A stretch of DNA of 37,756 nt from an uncultured virus (IMG/VR IMGVR_UViG_3300025000_000004) (taxonomy: Duplodnaviria; Heunggongvirae; Uroviricota; Caudoviricetes; Crassvirales): the IMG/VR virus record IMGVR_UViG_3300025000_000004; one strand, given 5' to 3'. How positions within the stretch are numbered: the stretch's first letter is position 1; the number at the start of each line of letters is the position of its first letter. Positions 26,066 to 33,781 of the stretch are shown here, one piece after another. Under the pieces are notes generated by a model. It made no database searches, was not told the origin of the DNA, and saw nothing but the letters and a program-made list of their open reading frames with translations. The translations under genes and the position numbers were made by a program.

Positions 26066-26457
26066 TCTCTTGTAAATTTTAAAGGTGGAATGTCGTATCT
26101 GATTGGTTTAATTGTATATCCTCTCATCATCCTTCCCCACATAATATCCTGATCATTTGTGAAGTATGAAATGAAATTAAGGAAATACGTATCGTTCTTC
26201 GCTTGCACTCTTAAGGTATCACCATCCATTACAGATGATAATATTGTGTAAGTACAAGTATTACATGTACTGCTGTGGTCATTATAAGCAATATTGATAG
26301 CAGTATTGTTATTCACAACCAACTTAATGGTAGGATAAGAGTAACCAGAATAATATTCCCATATACCATTGAATGAGAATTCATCTGCAGGATCATTTGG
26401 TTCACATGAGATAGTGATAGCTATGATCAGGGTCGTTAACAAGATTAGTTTTTTCAT
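26062..26457 (-). CDS. Lipoprotein (possibly lipocalin-like)
   Basis: MKK + hydrophobic stretch + ISC lipobox, acidic EPNDPADE after the Cys, GIW motif. Confidence 0.8.
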   Translation of the reverse strand: MKKLILLTTLIIAITISCEPNDPADEFSFNGIWEYYSGYSYPTIKLVVNNNTAINIAYNDHSSTCNTCTYTILSSVMDGDTLRVQAKNDTYFLNFISYFTNDQDIMWGRMMRGYTIKPIRYDIPPLKFTRE

Positions 26458-26487
26458 TATATATTATGTTATTGGTAAGTCAAGTAA

Positions 26488-26600
26488 AATAATTCCCGGC
26501 AGTACACACTTCATATCAAGAGCATCCTCTGACATGTGAGTTCCAGAGCAACTAACTGCGTGTGTCCACGTGGTTACTCGTATCCTCTCCGGGAATTATT
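26488..26600. repeat. 12-bp perfect inverted repeat enclosing an 89-nt non-coding segment
   Basis: AATAATTCCCGG (26488-26499) and CCGGGAATTATT (26589-26600). Confidence 0.8.
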
Positions 26601-26607
26601 AGTTTGT

Positions 26608-26751
26608 TTACATCTCGGCAAATATTGATATTGACATTAATGATACACCAATACCAAAACATATAACTGATGTTGGATCAGATAATATACCGAGAAGAAA
26701 GAATATTAGTCCTGTTAGGAATAATATCTTTGTTTTCTTTTGAACTTTCAT
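26608..26751 (-). CDS. Small two-helix membrane protein (47 aa)
   Basis: MKVQKKTKILFLTGLIFFLLGILSDPTSVICFGIGVSLMSISIFAEM; ATGA overlap with the upstream gene; not in the ORF track. Confidence 0.7.
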   Translation of the reverse strand: MKVQKKTKILFLTGLIFFLLGILSDPTSVICFGIGVSLMSISIFAEM

Positions 26752-26957
26752 AACTGCATATATTCTATCCAAGATTCATATTCTGAGCCTTTATAGAGAA
26801 TGATGCAATCCTGATGACATCTGCGAACAAGGTTTTCAATTGATACATTCATTATGTCAGTTAAAAACTCTTTAGTCTTGAGATAGTCACGATTGTTAGT
26901 TGGATCACTGAATTCAACGATTACTAACGACTGAGAACCTGCAACAATGTTTGTCAT
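26748..26957 (-). CDS. Hypothetical protein (69 aa)
   Basis: ATG ORF preceded by an ACATAATATA motif. Confidence 0.65.
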   Translation of the reverse strand: MTNIVAGSQSLVIVEFSDPTNNRDYLKTKEFLTDIMNVSIENLVRRCHQDCIILYKGSEYESWIEYMQL

Positions 26958-27183
26958 AAGGCTATATTATATTATGTTGAGTGAATTAACAAAAGGTGAA
27001 AAAGACTGAAAAGGTAGAGGTGTGGATGAGGTAGCTCACTCACACCTTCTAACCCTGTATCAATCAGTTTGTTAGAGCTATGTATGTAAACATAAAGAAG
27101 AAAAAACCCGTTGGTTATTCACGAAGGCGGGTTGACCTCCGAGCACACTGCACCTATCGGTGAGCCTGCCGACAACACAGCGA

Positions 27184-27453
27184 TTAACGTTTGAGTGAGA
27201 GCCACTTAAGCATAATCTCTTCACCTGTTTCGGGGTTAACGAACGGACGTTCAGTAACAGCGAACTGTGAAGGGTCAAGAGTGATGACTGTGTCTACATC
27301 AACCTTCACACTGTCAGCCTTAACTGCAGCATAATAGGTCTCTGACTGACGCATTGTGCCAAGCACTGTCTCAATCTCAACTCTGTGTTGCATTTTGACG
27401 ATACGATTACCATTGCTGGTGATATCGCCAACCTTTACGATAGTAAAGTCCAT
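27184..27453 (-). CDS. Hypothetical beta-rich protein, first gene of the leftward arm
   Basis: 89-aa ORF, relatively GC-rich; VNPETGE motif. Confidence 0.75.
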   Translation of the reverse strand: MDFTIVKVGDITSNGNRIVKMQHRVEIETVLGTMRQSETYYAAVKADSVKVDVDTVITLDPSQFAVTERPFVNPETGEEIMLKWLSLKR

Positions 27454-27569
27454 AGCAACTGTGACGGGGACACTCCCAACGCCAAAACTTAGTGGGGGTC
27501 CTATTGTAGGTCCTCAGTACGAGCGTGTTACAGAAAAATTTTTTATTTTTTCCAAAAAATCAAATTTTC

Positions 27570-27601
27570 TTTGGGGGTTATTCTTAAAATAAGTATCTTT
27601 A
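27570..27601 (+). promoter_or_regulatory. Promoter (variant -7 element) for the EndoVII/HNH gene
   Basis: TTTG-N20-TATCTTTA. Confidence 0.55.
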
Positions 27602-27626
27602 CAAAATAAACTTAAATTATTAAAAT

Positions 27627-28109
27627 ATGCCTTACAAAACACCTTATTCAGAATGGTCTGAAGAAAGAAAGATCAGACACAGAAATAATACAAAAAGATG
27701 GAAAAAAGCTCATAGAGATAAACATCTTGAATTCAAAAAGAAATATTATCGAACTCATAAAGAACAATGGAAACATAATTATAAATATAAGATCGGATTG
27801 AAATATGGAGTTACAGAAGAAGAATTTAATAGAATGAGAACAGAACAAGAGTTTAAATGTAAGATTTGTGGAAAACATGAGAATGATCAAGTAAGAAGAT
27901 TATCTCTTGATCATGATCATAAAACCGGAGAAATAAGAGGATTGCTTTGTGATAATTGTAATGTTGGATTAGGAAACTTTCAAGACAATCCAGAAATTTT
28001 ACAATCTGCCATAAATTATCTTCAGAAAAATTTTGAAAACTTCTCTGATTGTCATATATTTGTATCCGAAGAAGAAACTAAATCAAATAAATATGATAGG
28101 CTTAATTGA
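27627..28109 (+). CDS. Endonuclease VII-family HNH nuclease (likely free-standing homing endonuclease)
   Basis: CKICG...LSLDHDHKTGEIRGLLCDNCNVGLG...A.NYL; basic N-terminus. Confidence 0.92.
   Translation: MPYKTPYSEWSEERKIRHRNNTKRWKKAHRDKHLEFKKKYYRTHKEQWKHNYKYKIGLKYGVTEEEFNRMRTEQEFKCKICGKHENDQVRRLSLDHDHKTGEIRGLLCDNCNVGLGNFQDNPEILQSAINYLQKNFENFSDCHIFVSEEETKSNKYDRLN
28032..28062 (+). promoter_or_regulatory. Bacteroidota-type promoter
   Basis: TTTG-N19-TATATTTG. Confidence 0.75.
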
Positions 28110-28503
28110 ATCAACAGAGAAGTTGTTCGCAGAAGCTCTTGCGACAATGAAGAAGAAGAATGCTGACTATGCAGGAGATTCTGATTCTATGAAGAATTTT
28201 CAGATATCAGCACAAGTTGCTAACGTTAAAATGTCACAAGGTATTCTGACAAGATTGACAGATAAGACGACAAAGATAGGGAATTTGATAGTAAAAGAAG
28301 GTGCTGTCAAAGAGGAGTCGATATTTGACACTGTACAGGATCTTATTAATTGTGCAGCTATCCTGCACTATGCTCTTCAGATGGAACGTAGAGAAGCTAC
28401 TTACAGGATTGATGAGAAGGTGAGTATAGAAGAACTACAGAAAAGATATATTGCCGGAATTGATCCTATAACAGGTCAGGATGTGATTTTCGAGAGAAAA
28501 TAA
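28093..28503 (+). CDS. DUF1599/Nmad1-like all-alpha nucleotide pyrophosphohydrolase-like protein
   Basis: KKNADYAG...NF...GILTRLTDK...ESIFDTVQDLIN motif; start at ATG 28093. Confidence 0.7.
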   Translation: MIGLIESTEKLFAEALATMKKKNADYAGDSDSMKNFQISAQVANVKMSQGILTRLTDKTTKIGNLIVKEGAVKEESIFDTVQDLINCAAILHYALQMERREATYRIDEKVSIEELQKRYIAGIDPITGQDVIFERK

Positions 28504-28525
28504 AATCGCACAAAGAAAAAAGATA

Positions 28526-28774
28526 ATGCCAAACTTAAAAAGTAATCATAGAGAACAGTTAGTATATAAGAAATATACTGATTTGGGATATGAATGTTTG
28601 ACTAAAGGATATCCTGATTTCTGTTTCTATAACGGAGATAAAGTTATTTTTGTTGAAGTTAAGAAGAAGGAACAGATGTACACTATGAAGAAAGGACTTG
28701 CGAAACATCAACAGAAAATGATCAATATTTTTAAAGGTCTTGGATTAGACGTTAGAATTGAGTATATTGAGTGA
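28526..28774 (+). CDS. VRR-NUC domain nuclease
   Basis: GYPDF...FVEVK...L..HQ...G motif. Confidence 0.82.
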   Translation: MPNLKSNHREQLVYKKYTDLGYECLTKGYPDFCFYNGDKVIFVEVKKKEQMYTMKKGLAKHQQKMINIFKGLGLDVRIEYIE

Positions 28775-28870
28775 AATATCTAAAGTAAAACGTGAACACA
28801 AAGAAAGGTAGCACCAAAGAAAAAGGTGGGTGTTTTTAATTACAAGAATTAAATTCACTGCGTTCAGCTG

Positions 28871-28958
28871 CGAAGTTAATTAAAATATTTGACATTTCCA
28901 AATCTTTTAAAATATTTCTGAAAACATTTGCATATTAAAGAAAAGGGTTGTATATTTG
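28871..28958. promoter_or_regulatory. Back-to-back divergent Bacteroidota-type promoters
   Basis: Minus: TTTG-N20-TAACTTCG (28871-28902); plus: TTTG-N20-TATATTTG (28927-28958). Confidence 0.7.
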
Positions 28959-29010
28959 TAATGCCTATTAATTGGTTAGACAATTAATCATTTACACATT
29001 TCTCTGTAAC

Positions 29011-29037
29011 AAACCCCTGCGTCCTGTGGGGGTTTTT
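29011..29037 (+). terminator. Intrinsic terminator
   Basis: AAACCCCTGCG-TCC-TGTGGGGGTTT followed by TT. Confidence 0.7.
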
Positions 29038-29091
29038 ACATTTCCCGGTGCTCATGTTTTGTAGAGGGTGGAAATAAACTATGGAAAAAAT

Positions 29092-29122
29092 TTTGTTTGT
29101 ATAATAAAATATATTACTTTTG
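29092..29122 (+). promoter_or_regulatory. Bacteroidota-type promoter
   Basis: TTTG-N19-TACTTTTG. Confidence 0.7.
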
Positions 29123-29138
29123 TCAAAACAGAATAGGG

Positions 29139-29498
29139 ATGAAGAAAATAACAGAGATCATTGGTTCAGTTGACGAAGTATATCTTGACAAGCTTATCTA
29201 CCTTGACAGGCTTCTTAAACTGTACGCAAAGTTTATGAAGGACTACCATGACGCTTATGTAAGAGTGGATGGTGAGAAGATCTTCGTGAGGTTCTCAAAG
29301 ATCAACAACTACGGGTACATGAACTGGACCGAGAGAGAGTTTACGGTTGAGGAACTTCCTGAGAGGATCAATAAGTACAGGGAGAAGATAAAGTATGAAT
29401 TCAAGAACCGTCATGCCAATACCCGTCTGCTTCGTGAGAAGGAAATCATCAAATGGAAAAAAATCATAGAAGATGCCAAAATTCAAATGTCAGAATGA
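29139..29498 (+). CDS. Hypothetical protein
   Basis: ATG start downstream of the promoter. Confidence 0.75.
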   Translation: MKKITEIIGSVDEVYLDKLIYLDRLLKLYAKFMKDYHDAYVRVDGEKIFVRFSKINNYGYMNWTEREFTVEELPERINKYREKIKYEFKNRHANTRLLREKEIIKWKKIIEDAKIQMSE

Positions 29499-29760
29499 GA
29501 AGTGTGAAAGCTTCGGTAAGGAAGAATATCATCCAAGGATATGTTATACTTGGAATGAGAAGTTAATGAGGTTTGAGTGCGAACACAGTTTCTGCCCTGT
29601 ATGCGGAGAGTTCAGAGAACCCGTAAAGGAGTATGCAGGATTTACGGAAGCGTGGTTTAAGGCTGAGTCAAGCCGGAATTACAATAACAAGACAGTTAAA
29701 CAACACGATTGGGATCGTGATGCCGTAAAACAGACAGACCTTAAAATCAGTAAGAAATAA
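29473..29760 (+). CDS. Zinc-ribbon protein (FmdB-like N-terminus)
   Basis: MPKFKCQNEKC...CPVCG. Confidence 0.7.
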   Translation: MPKFKCQNEKCESFGKEEYHPRICYTWNEKLMRFECEHSFCPVCGEFREPVKEYAGFTEAWFKAESSRNYNNKTVKQHDWDRDAVKQTDLKISKK

Positions 29761-29777
29761 CCATTAAATTTAATAAT

Positions 29778-30158
29778 ATGAAAGAAGAAGAAGTAATCAA
29801 TGAAGAGGTGAAGAATGAAGAAGCTCCTGAACAGAGAATTCCTACACAGGAAGAAATAAGGAGAATGAGAAAACAAGCTGCACTGGATCTTGCAGAGTAC
29901 AAGAAAAGGCTCAGGGAATCTGTTGAAATGAAAAGACTGCAGGTTGAAGAACTTGAACTGAATATCAAGTACTACCATGTAAGACAGGAGCACAAGAAAG
30001 TTCAGTTGCTGATTCAGGAAGAAGAAGCAAAGGAACGTGCCGAAATGCAGAAAGCAAAACAAGTTGCTGAAAAAAGAGCAGCAAAGCTTGAGGTTGTGAA
30101 AACAGGGAAACCGAGAACCGAAGAAGAAATTGAGAAGGCTAAAGAAGAAGTTCAATAA
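29778..30158 (+). CDS. Hypothetical coiled-coil protein
   Basis: Glu/Lys/Arg-rich helical ORF. Confidence 0.75.
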   Translation: MKEEEVINEEVKNEEAPEQRIPTQEEIRRMRKQAALDLAEYKKRLRESVEMKRLQVEELELNIKYYHVRQEHKKVQLLIQEEEAKERAEMQKAKQVAEKRAAKLEVVKTGKPRTEEEIEKAKEEVQ

Positions 30159-30176
30159 CTTTCATTATATTTGTAA

Positions 30177-30542
30177 ATGGAAGTAAGAGTACTGGAACAC
30201 AGAGAAAGCGAATTCGTTGAGCGTCTGAAAACGACGCTTAACGAAGCTTTCAATCCTATCGGAATGAGCTTCGATATAAATTATTTTATAGGAGAAAGTA
30301 CTGCAAACAAAGGCAAGCTCCTTTGTTTTATTATACAATGCTCAAAGACAGGAATCATATATGAGAAAATAATTGAGATGAAACCTCATGAAACTCCAAT
30401 GGATGTTGAGGATAATTTTGTCGATATGATCGTTGGTGAATTGCTCCTTTCGGGAGTGACTTTCTTGAACATTGAAAAGATACGCACGTTTAATCCCCTG
30501 TTTAATAAGCAGAAGTTAAAAGAGCAAATAAAAATGAACTAA
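30177..30542 (+). CDS. Hypothetical protein
   Basis: ATG 3 nt after TATATTTG (possibly leaderless). Confidence 0.75.
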   Translation: MEVRVLEHRESEFVERLKTTLNEAFNPIGMSFDINYFIGESTANKGKLLCFIIQCSKTGIIYEKIIEMKPHETPMDVEDNFVDMIVGELLLSGVTFLNIEKIRTFNPLFNKQKLKEQIKMN

Positions 30543-30916
30543 TGGTTTTTAACATAAATACAAATCCTGAAAAATATTTTCATCAGCTTATAGAGATATT
30601 AAGGGTCTTTGCACCATTCAACACTTTAAGAAAGAGACAACGAGAAGTATTTGCAGAGATTTTGTACTATACTCATAAGTTTTCAGGTAAGGACGACGAA
30701 GTAACAAACCGACTGGTGTTTGACTTCAAAACAAGAGAGGAGATCTCAGAAAAATTAAAGATATCAAAAGCGAATCTTTACAATATATATAAGGAACTAA
30801 GGCAAGCCGGATTGTTACTGAAAGAGAAAGATGAAATTAATCCAAAATTTAAATATACCTACCTACAACATCCTGAGATTGGATTTAGATTCAAGTCGGA
30901 AGACGTTGTACAGTAG
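30542..30916 (+). CDS. Winged HTH DNA-binding protein
   Basis: TREEISEKLKISKANLYNIYKELRQAGLL...INP. Confidence 0.75.
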   Translation: MVFNINTNPEKYFHQLIEILRVFAPFNTLRKRQREVFAEILYYTHKFSGKDDEVTNRLVFDFKTREEISEKLKISKANLYNIYKELRQAGLLLKEKDEINPKFKYTYLQHPEIGFRFKSEDVVQ

Positions 30917-31103
30917 AATATACGAAGGATCTGTTGACGAAGTTGTAAACTGGGCAATAGACCTTTCTGTATTAATGAAAAAATGGGTGAAGGACCATCC
31001 TTTGTATGAATACGAGATGGTAGTGGAGGATACTAAACTTTATTTAACATTATTTAAAAACAGATCAGGAAATGGGAAAACCGATCCACGAATACGACTC
31101 TGA
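30831..31103 (+). CDS. Hypothetical protein (true start probably further downstream)
   Basis: Open frame fills the gap 30917-31071. Confidence 0.5.
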   Translation: MKLIQNLNIPTYNILRLDLDSSRKTLYSRIYEGSVDEVVNWAIDLSVLMKKWVKDHPLYEYEMVVEDTKLYLTLFKNRSGNGKTDPRIRL

Positions 31104-32457
31104 GGGTCGTTATGTAAAATCTTTTAATTCGATTATTGAAGCTGCAAGAGCACACGGAGTTGATGAATCTAACTTACGAAGAGCTGCGATGGGAATAAGA
31201 AACATGTCAGCAAACTGCAGATGGAGTTATCATAAAGTAGATCTTCTTGACGAATTGGGGGTAATTGATAATTTCATAACGGATATGGGAATTAATCCTA
31301 ATGAAGTTGTCAAAACAAGAATTCATCAGAATGCATCCGGGGAAGAAAGAATTTCCGTAGAGACTGTAAAAAAGTCTACGATAGAAGATGTCAGAACGGA
31401 TATGATGATTGGAAAATTAAAGCAATTACAGAGAAAAACAGATGAGACAAGAGTTTTAAGAAAAGAGTTCAGGGAACACTCAAGAGTGGAAAATGCACTC
31501 ACTGCACTCAACGAAGCTCTTGTTGAATTATTGACAAATCAGACGTTCAAGCCTGTTACCTACGAGCATCCTGAAGAGGAAGGACCTGTACTGATAGTGC
31601 AGGTTACCGACACGCATTTCAATGAGCTTGTGACACTTCCGGATAATTTATTTAATTTTGTCGTTGGTGCGAAAAGATTACAGAAATATGCCGGAAAAAT
31701 TCGTAAATTTGCAGAGATTTATAAGGTAAAGAATATTGTGCTGGCATTTACTGGTGACATCATCAATTCTGATCGCAGATTGGATGAGATGCTGAATCAG
31801 TCAACAAACAGAATGAAAGCTGCTATTATCGCCACACAGATTCTTTATCATTTTATACAGGACATCAATCGTTCTGCAAACATAAAGATCGTAGGGGTCA
31901 GTGGAAATGAATCACGAGTAAAGATCGAACATGGGATGAGTGAAATAGCCATGAGCGATAATTACGATTACCTTGTGTATAATATGTTGAAACTTCTTTT
32001 CGCTAAGGCGAAAGGCATTTCTTTTGTAGATGGTGATCCCGTAGAACAAGTAATTAACGTTAATAATTCTAATATTCTGATTACACATGGTACAACTATT
32101 AAAGAAGGTCAGGCTGCAATGCAGCAAGTTTTTGGGAAATATGCAGCGAAGGGGATTCTACTCGACTATGCTATCTTTGGGCACGTTCATTTTACTAACA
32201 TCACTGATATATATTGTCGTTCTGGTAGTATTGTGGGTAACAATGTTTATAGTGACCGTTATCTCAACCTTATCACGAAAGCTTCGCAAGTTATTCATGT
32301 CGTGGAAAAAGACGGATCAATCGACACAACAAAAATAAGTCTTCAGTATACGGACAAATATCCGGGATACGATATCAAAGATGATCTTACGGCTTATAAT
32401 TCGCTGCTTACAAATAATGTGAGAGAGAGGGAAACTATTGTACAAATTGTAATATAA
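31072..32457 (+). CDS. Calcineurin-like metallophosphoesterase with N-terminal NUMOD1-like HTH
   Basis: DTH, GDII, GNE, THG and GHVH motifs; N-terminal FNSIIEAARAHG. Confidence 0.85.
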   Translation: MGKPIHEYDSEGRYVKSFNSIIEAARAHGVDESNLRRAAMGIRNMSANCRWSYHKVDLLDELGVIDNFITDMGINPNEVVKTRIHQNASGEERISVETVKKSTIEDVRTDMMIGKLKQLQRKTDETRVLRKEFREHSRVENALTALNEALVELLTNQTFKPVTYEHPEEEGPVLIVQVTDTHFNELVTLPDNLFNFVVGAKRLQKYAGKIRKFAEIYKVKNIVLAFTGDIINSDRRLDEMLNQSTNRMKAAIIATQILYHFIQDINRSANIKIVGVSGNESRVKIEHGMSEIAMSDNYDYLVYNMLKLLFAKAKGISFVDGDPVEQVINVNNSNILITHGTTIKEGQAAMQQVFGKYAAKGILLDYAIFGHVHFTNITDIYCRSGSIVGNNVYSDRYLNLITKASQVIHVVEKDGSIDTTKISLQYTDKYPGYDIKDDLTAYNSLLTNNVRERETIVQIVI

Positions 32458-32636
32458 TGAAAGCAAGAAAAGGGTTATGTCTTCGTTGTGAGACTGTTGG
32501 GAGAAAGCCAGAAGAAGCAAAACATAAGATTGAAATTAATGATACAGTTGAATATGTTTGTGACAAGTGTATGGATGAGATTGATACAGAAATAGTTGAA
32601 ATGTATGAGATCAAAGAGGACGAGGACACACCTTGA
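32457..32636 (+). CDS. Small zinc-binding protein (59 aa)
   Basis: CLRC...CDKC with acidic tail; TAATG overlap with the upstream stop; not in the ORF track. Confidence 0.65.
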   Translation: MKARKGLCLRCETVGRKPEEAKHKIEINDTVEYVCDKCMDEIDTEIVEMYEIKEDEDTP

Positions 32637-32853
32637 GAATCTTGCAAGAAAGTACGAACTTCGGCTATCTCAGGTGGAGGAGATAGTCGAATCTCCGTTT
32701 AAGTTTTTTGTTAAGATTGCAGGAGAAGGAGATAAAGAGAATCTCAAATTTGGTTCTGTAAGAATAATCAAATGGGGGTTATTCTCTGTAAAAGAAGGAC
32801 GTAAAGAATATTTTAAAAAAATAGCTGATGATAGAAAAACATCTGACAATTAA
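32605..32853 (+). CDS. HU/IHF-like DNA-binding protein
   Basis: LARKYEL..SQVEEIVE..F...SVRI.KWGLFSV pattern. Confidence 0.7.
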   Translation: MRSKRTRTHLENLARKYELRLSQVEEIVESPFKFFVKIAGEGDKENLKFGSVRIIKWGLFSVKEGRKEYFKKIADDRKTSDN

Positions 32854-33028
32854 GAGAGAACATACGAGAGATTATGAAATAGTTACCAGAGAAGTTATGA
32901 TAAATACGATAAAACTTTTCGGATTTACTATTTCTAAACGAAGTTCAATTGTGATTAACAATAATCTCAACGGTACAGCAAAAAAAGCTATTGGACTAAG
33001 ACAACCTAAAGATGAAAAACCTGATTGA
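32828..33028 (+). CDS. Hypothetical protein (66 aa)
   Basis: Overlaps both neighbours in a packed operon. Confidence 0.55.
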   Translation: MIEKHLTIKREHTRDYEIVTREVMINTIKLFGFTISKRSSIVINNNLNGTAKKAIGLRQPKDEKPD

Positions 33029-33560
33029 ACTGTCAAATAATGTCTTATCTATTCAACCTGAAGCTCTGCAGATTAAGGAATTCAGAAATTTGTGGAACAG
33101 GGATAAGAGTAAGACTAAAGACAAGGCGTTAAAGGATCTTGCTTATATATACTATTCGACTGATTTCCAGTCGATTTATAGGAATTACCATCCTGATACA
33201 AGAGAATCCAAGATCAAACTTGATATCTATGGCGACAGGGAATATTCTATAGACATGGCAGTTGTAGAAGGACAGAATAAATATAAGGAGTTACAAACTA
33301 CTCTTTCTATGGAACTTTTGTCCGATGCTGAAGCAGGTATAGATAAACTAAGAATTTATTTTCAGAATGTGGATTTCACTGCAGATGAAGAAGGAAGAGC
33401 AGCAAAGAATTTTATTGCTAACGTAAAACAGCTTGGCGATCTTGTAAAAGGATTGAAACTTCTGAGAGAAGAAGTTGAGAAAGAACTCTCCGATCAGATG
33501 CAACTCAGAGGAGGATCAACAATAGGTAAACGAGAATTGCCACCAGATAGGAGGGGTTAA
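33012..33560 (+). CDS. Conserved-looking helical protein upstream of the terminase (small-terminase candidate)
   Basis: RDKSKTK..A.KDLAYIY motif; size and position only. Confidence 0.55.
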   Translation: MKNLIELSNNVLSIQPEALQIKEFRNLWNRDKSKTKDKALKDLAYIYYSTDFQSIYRNYHPDTRESKIKLDIYGDREYSIDMAVVEGQNKYKELQTTLSMELLSDAEAGIDKLRIYFQNVDFTADEEGRAAKNFIANVKQLGDLVKGLKLLREEVEKELSDQMQLRGGSTIGKRELPPDRRG

Positions 33561-33781
33561 TGGGAGAACATCATGGGACATGTACAAAATGCGGATGTTA
33601 TTTTTCTGATGGAAATCATCAGTTTATTTGTAATAAATGTGTAGAAGAGGAGAAGATAATTATGACAATTGAATATAAATGTATGGTATGTGGGAAAGAA
33701 TATTCAGCAGGTAATATTCCTACAATAGGAAAAGCTGACGGATGTTGTACACCCGGCTCATTAATAGAAATTAAGAAATGA
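33560..33781 (+). CDS. Cys-rich zinc-finger protein
   Basis: Three CxxC motifs plus CC; coupled to both neighbours. Confidence 0.65.
   Translation: MGEHHGTCTKCGCYFSDGNHQFICNKCVEEEKIIMTIEYKCMVCGKEYSAGNIPTIGKADGCCTPGSLIEIKK

Noticed and set aside
29679..30155. 158-aa Phe/Leu-rich minus-strand ORF and similar antisense ORFs across the window
   Set aside because: Mirror images of Lys/Glu-rich genes on the coding strand
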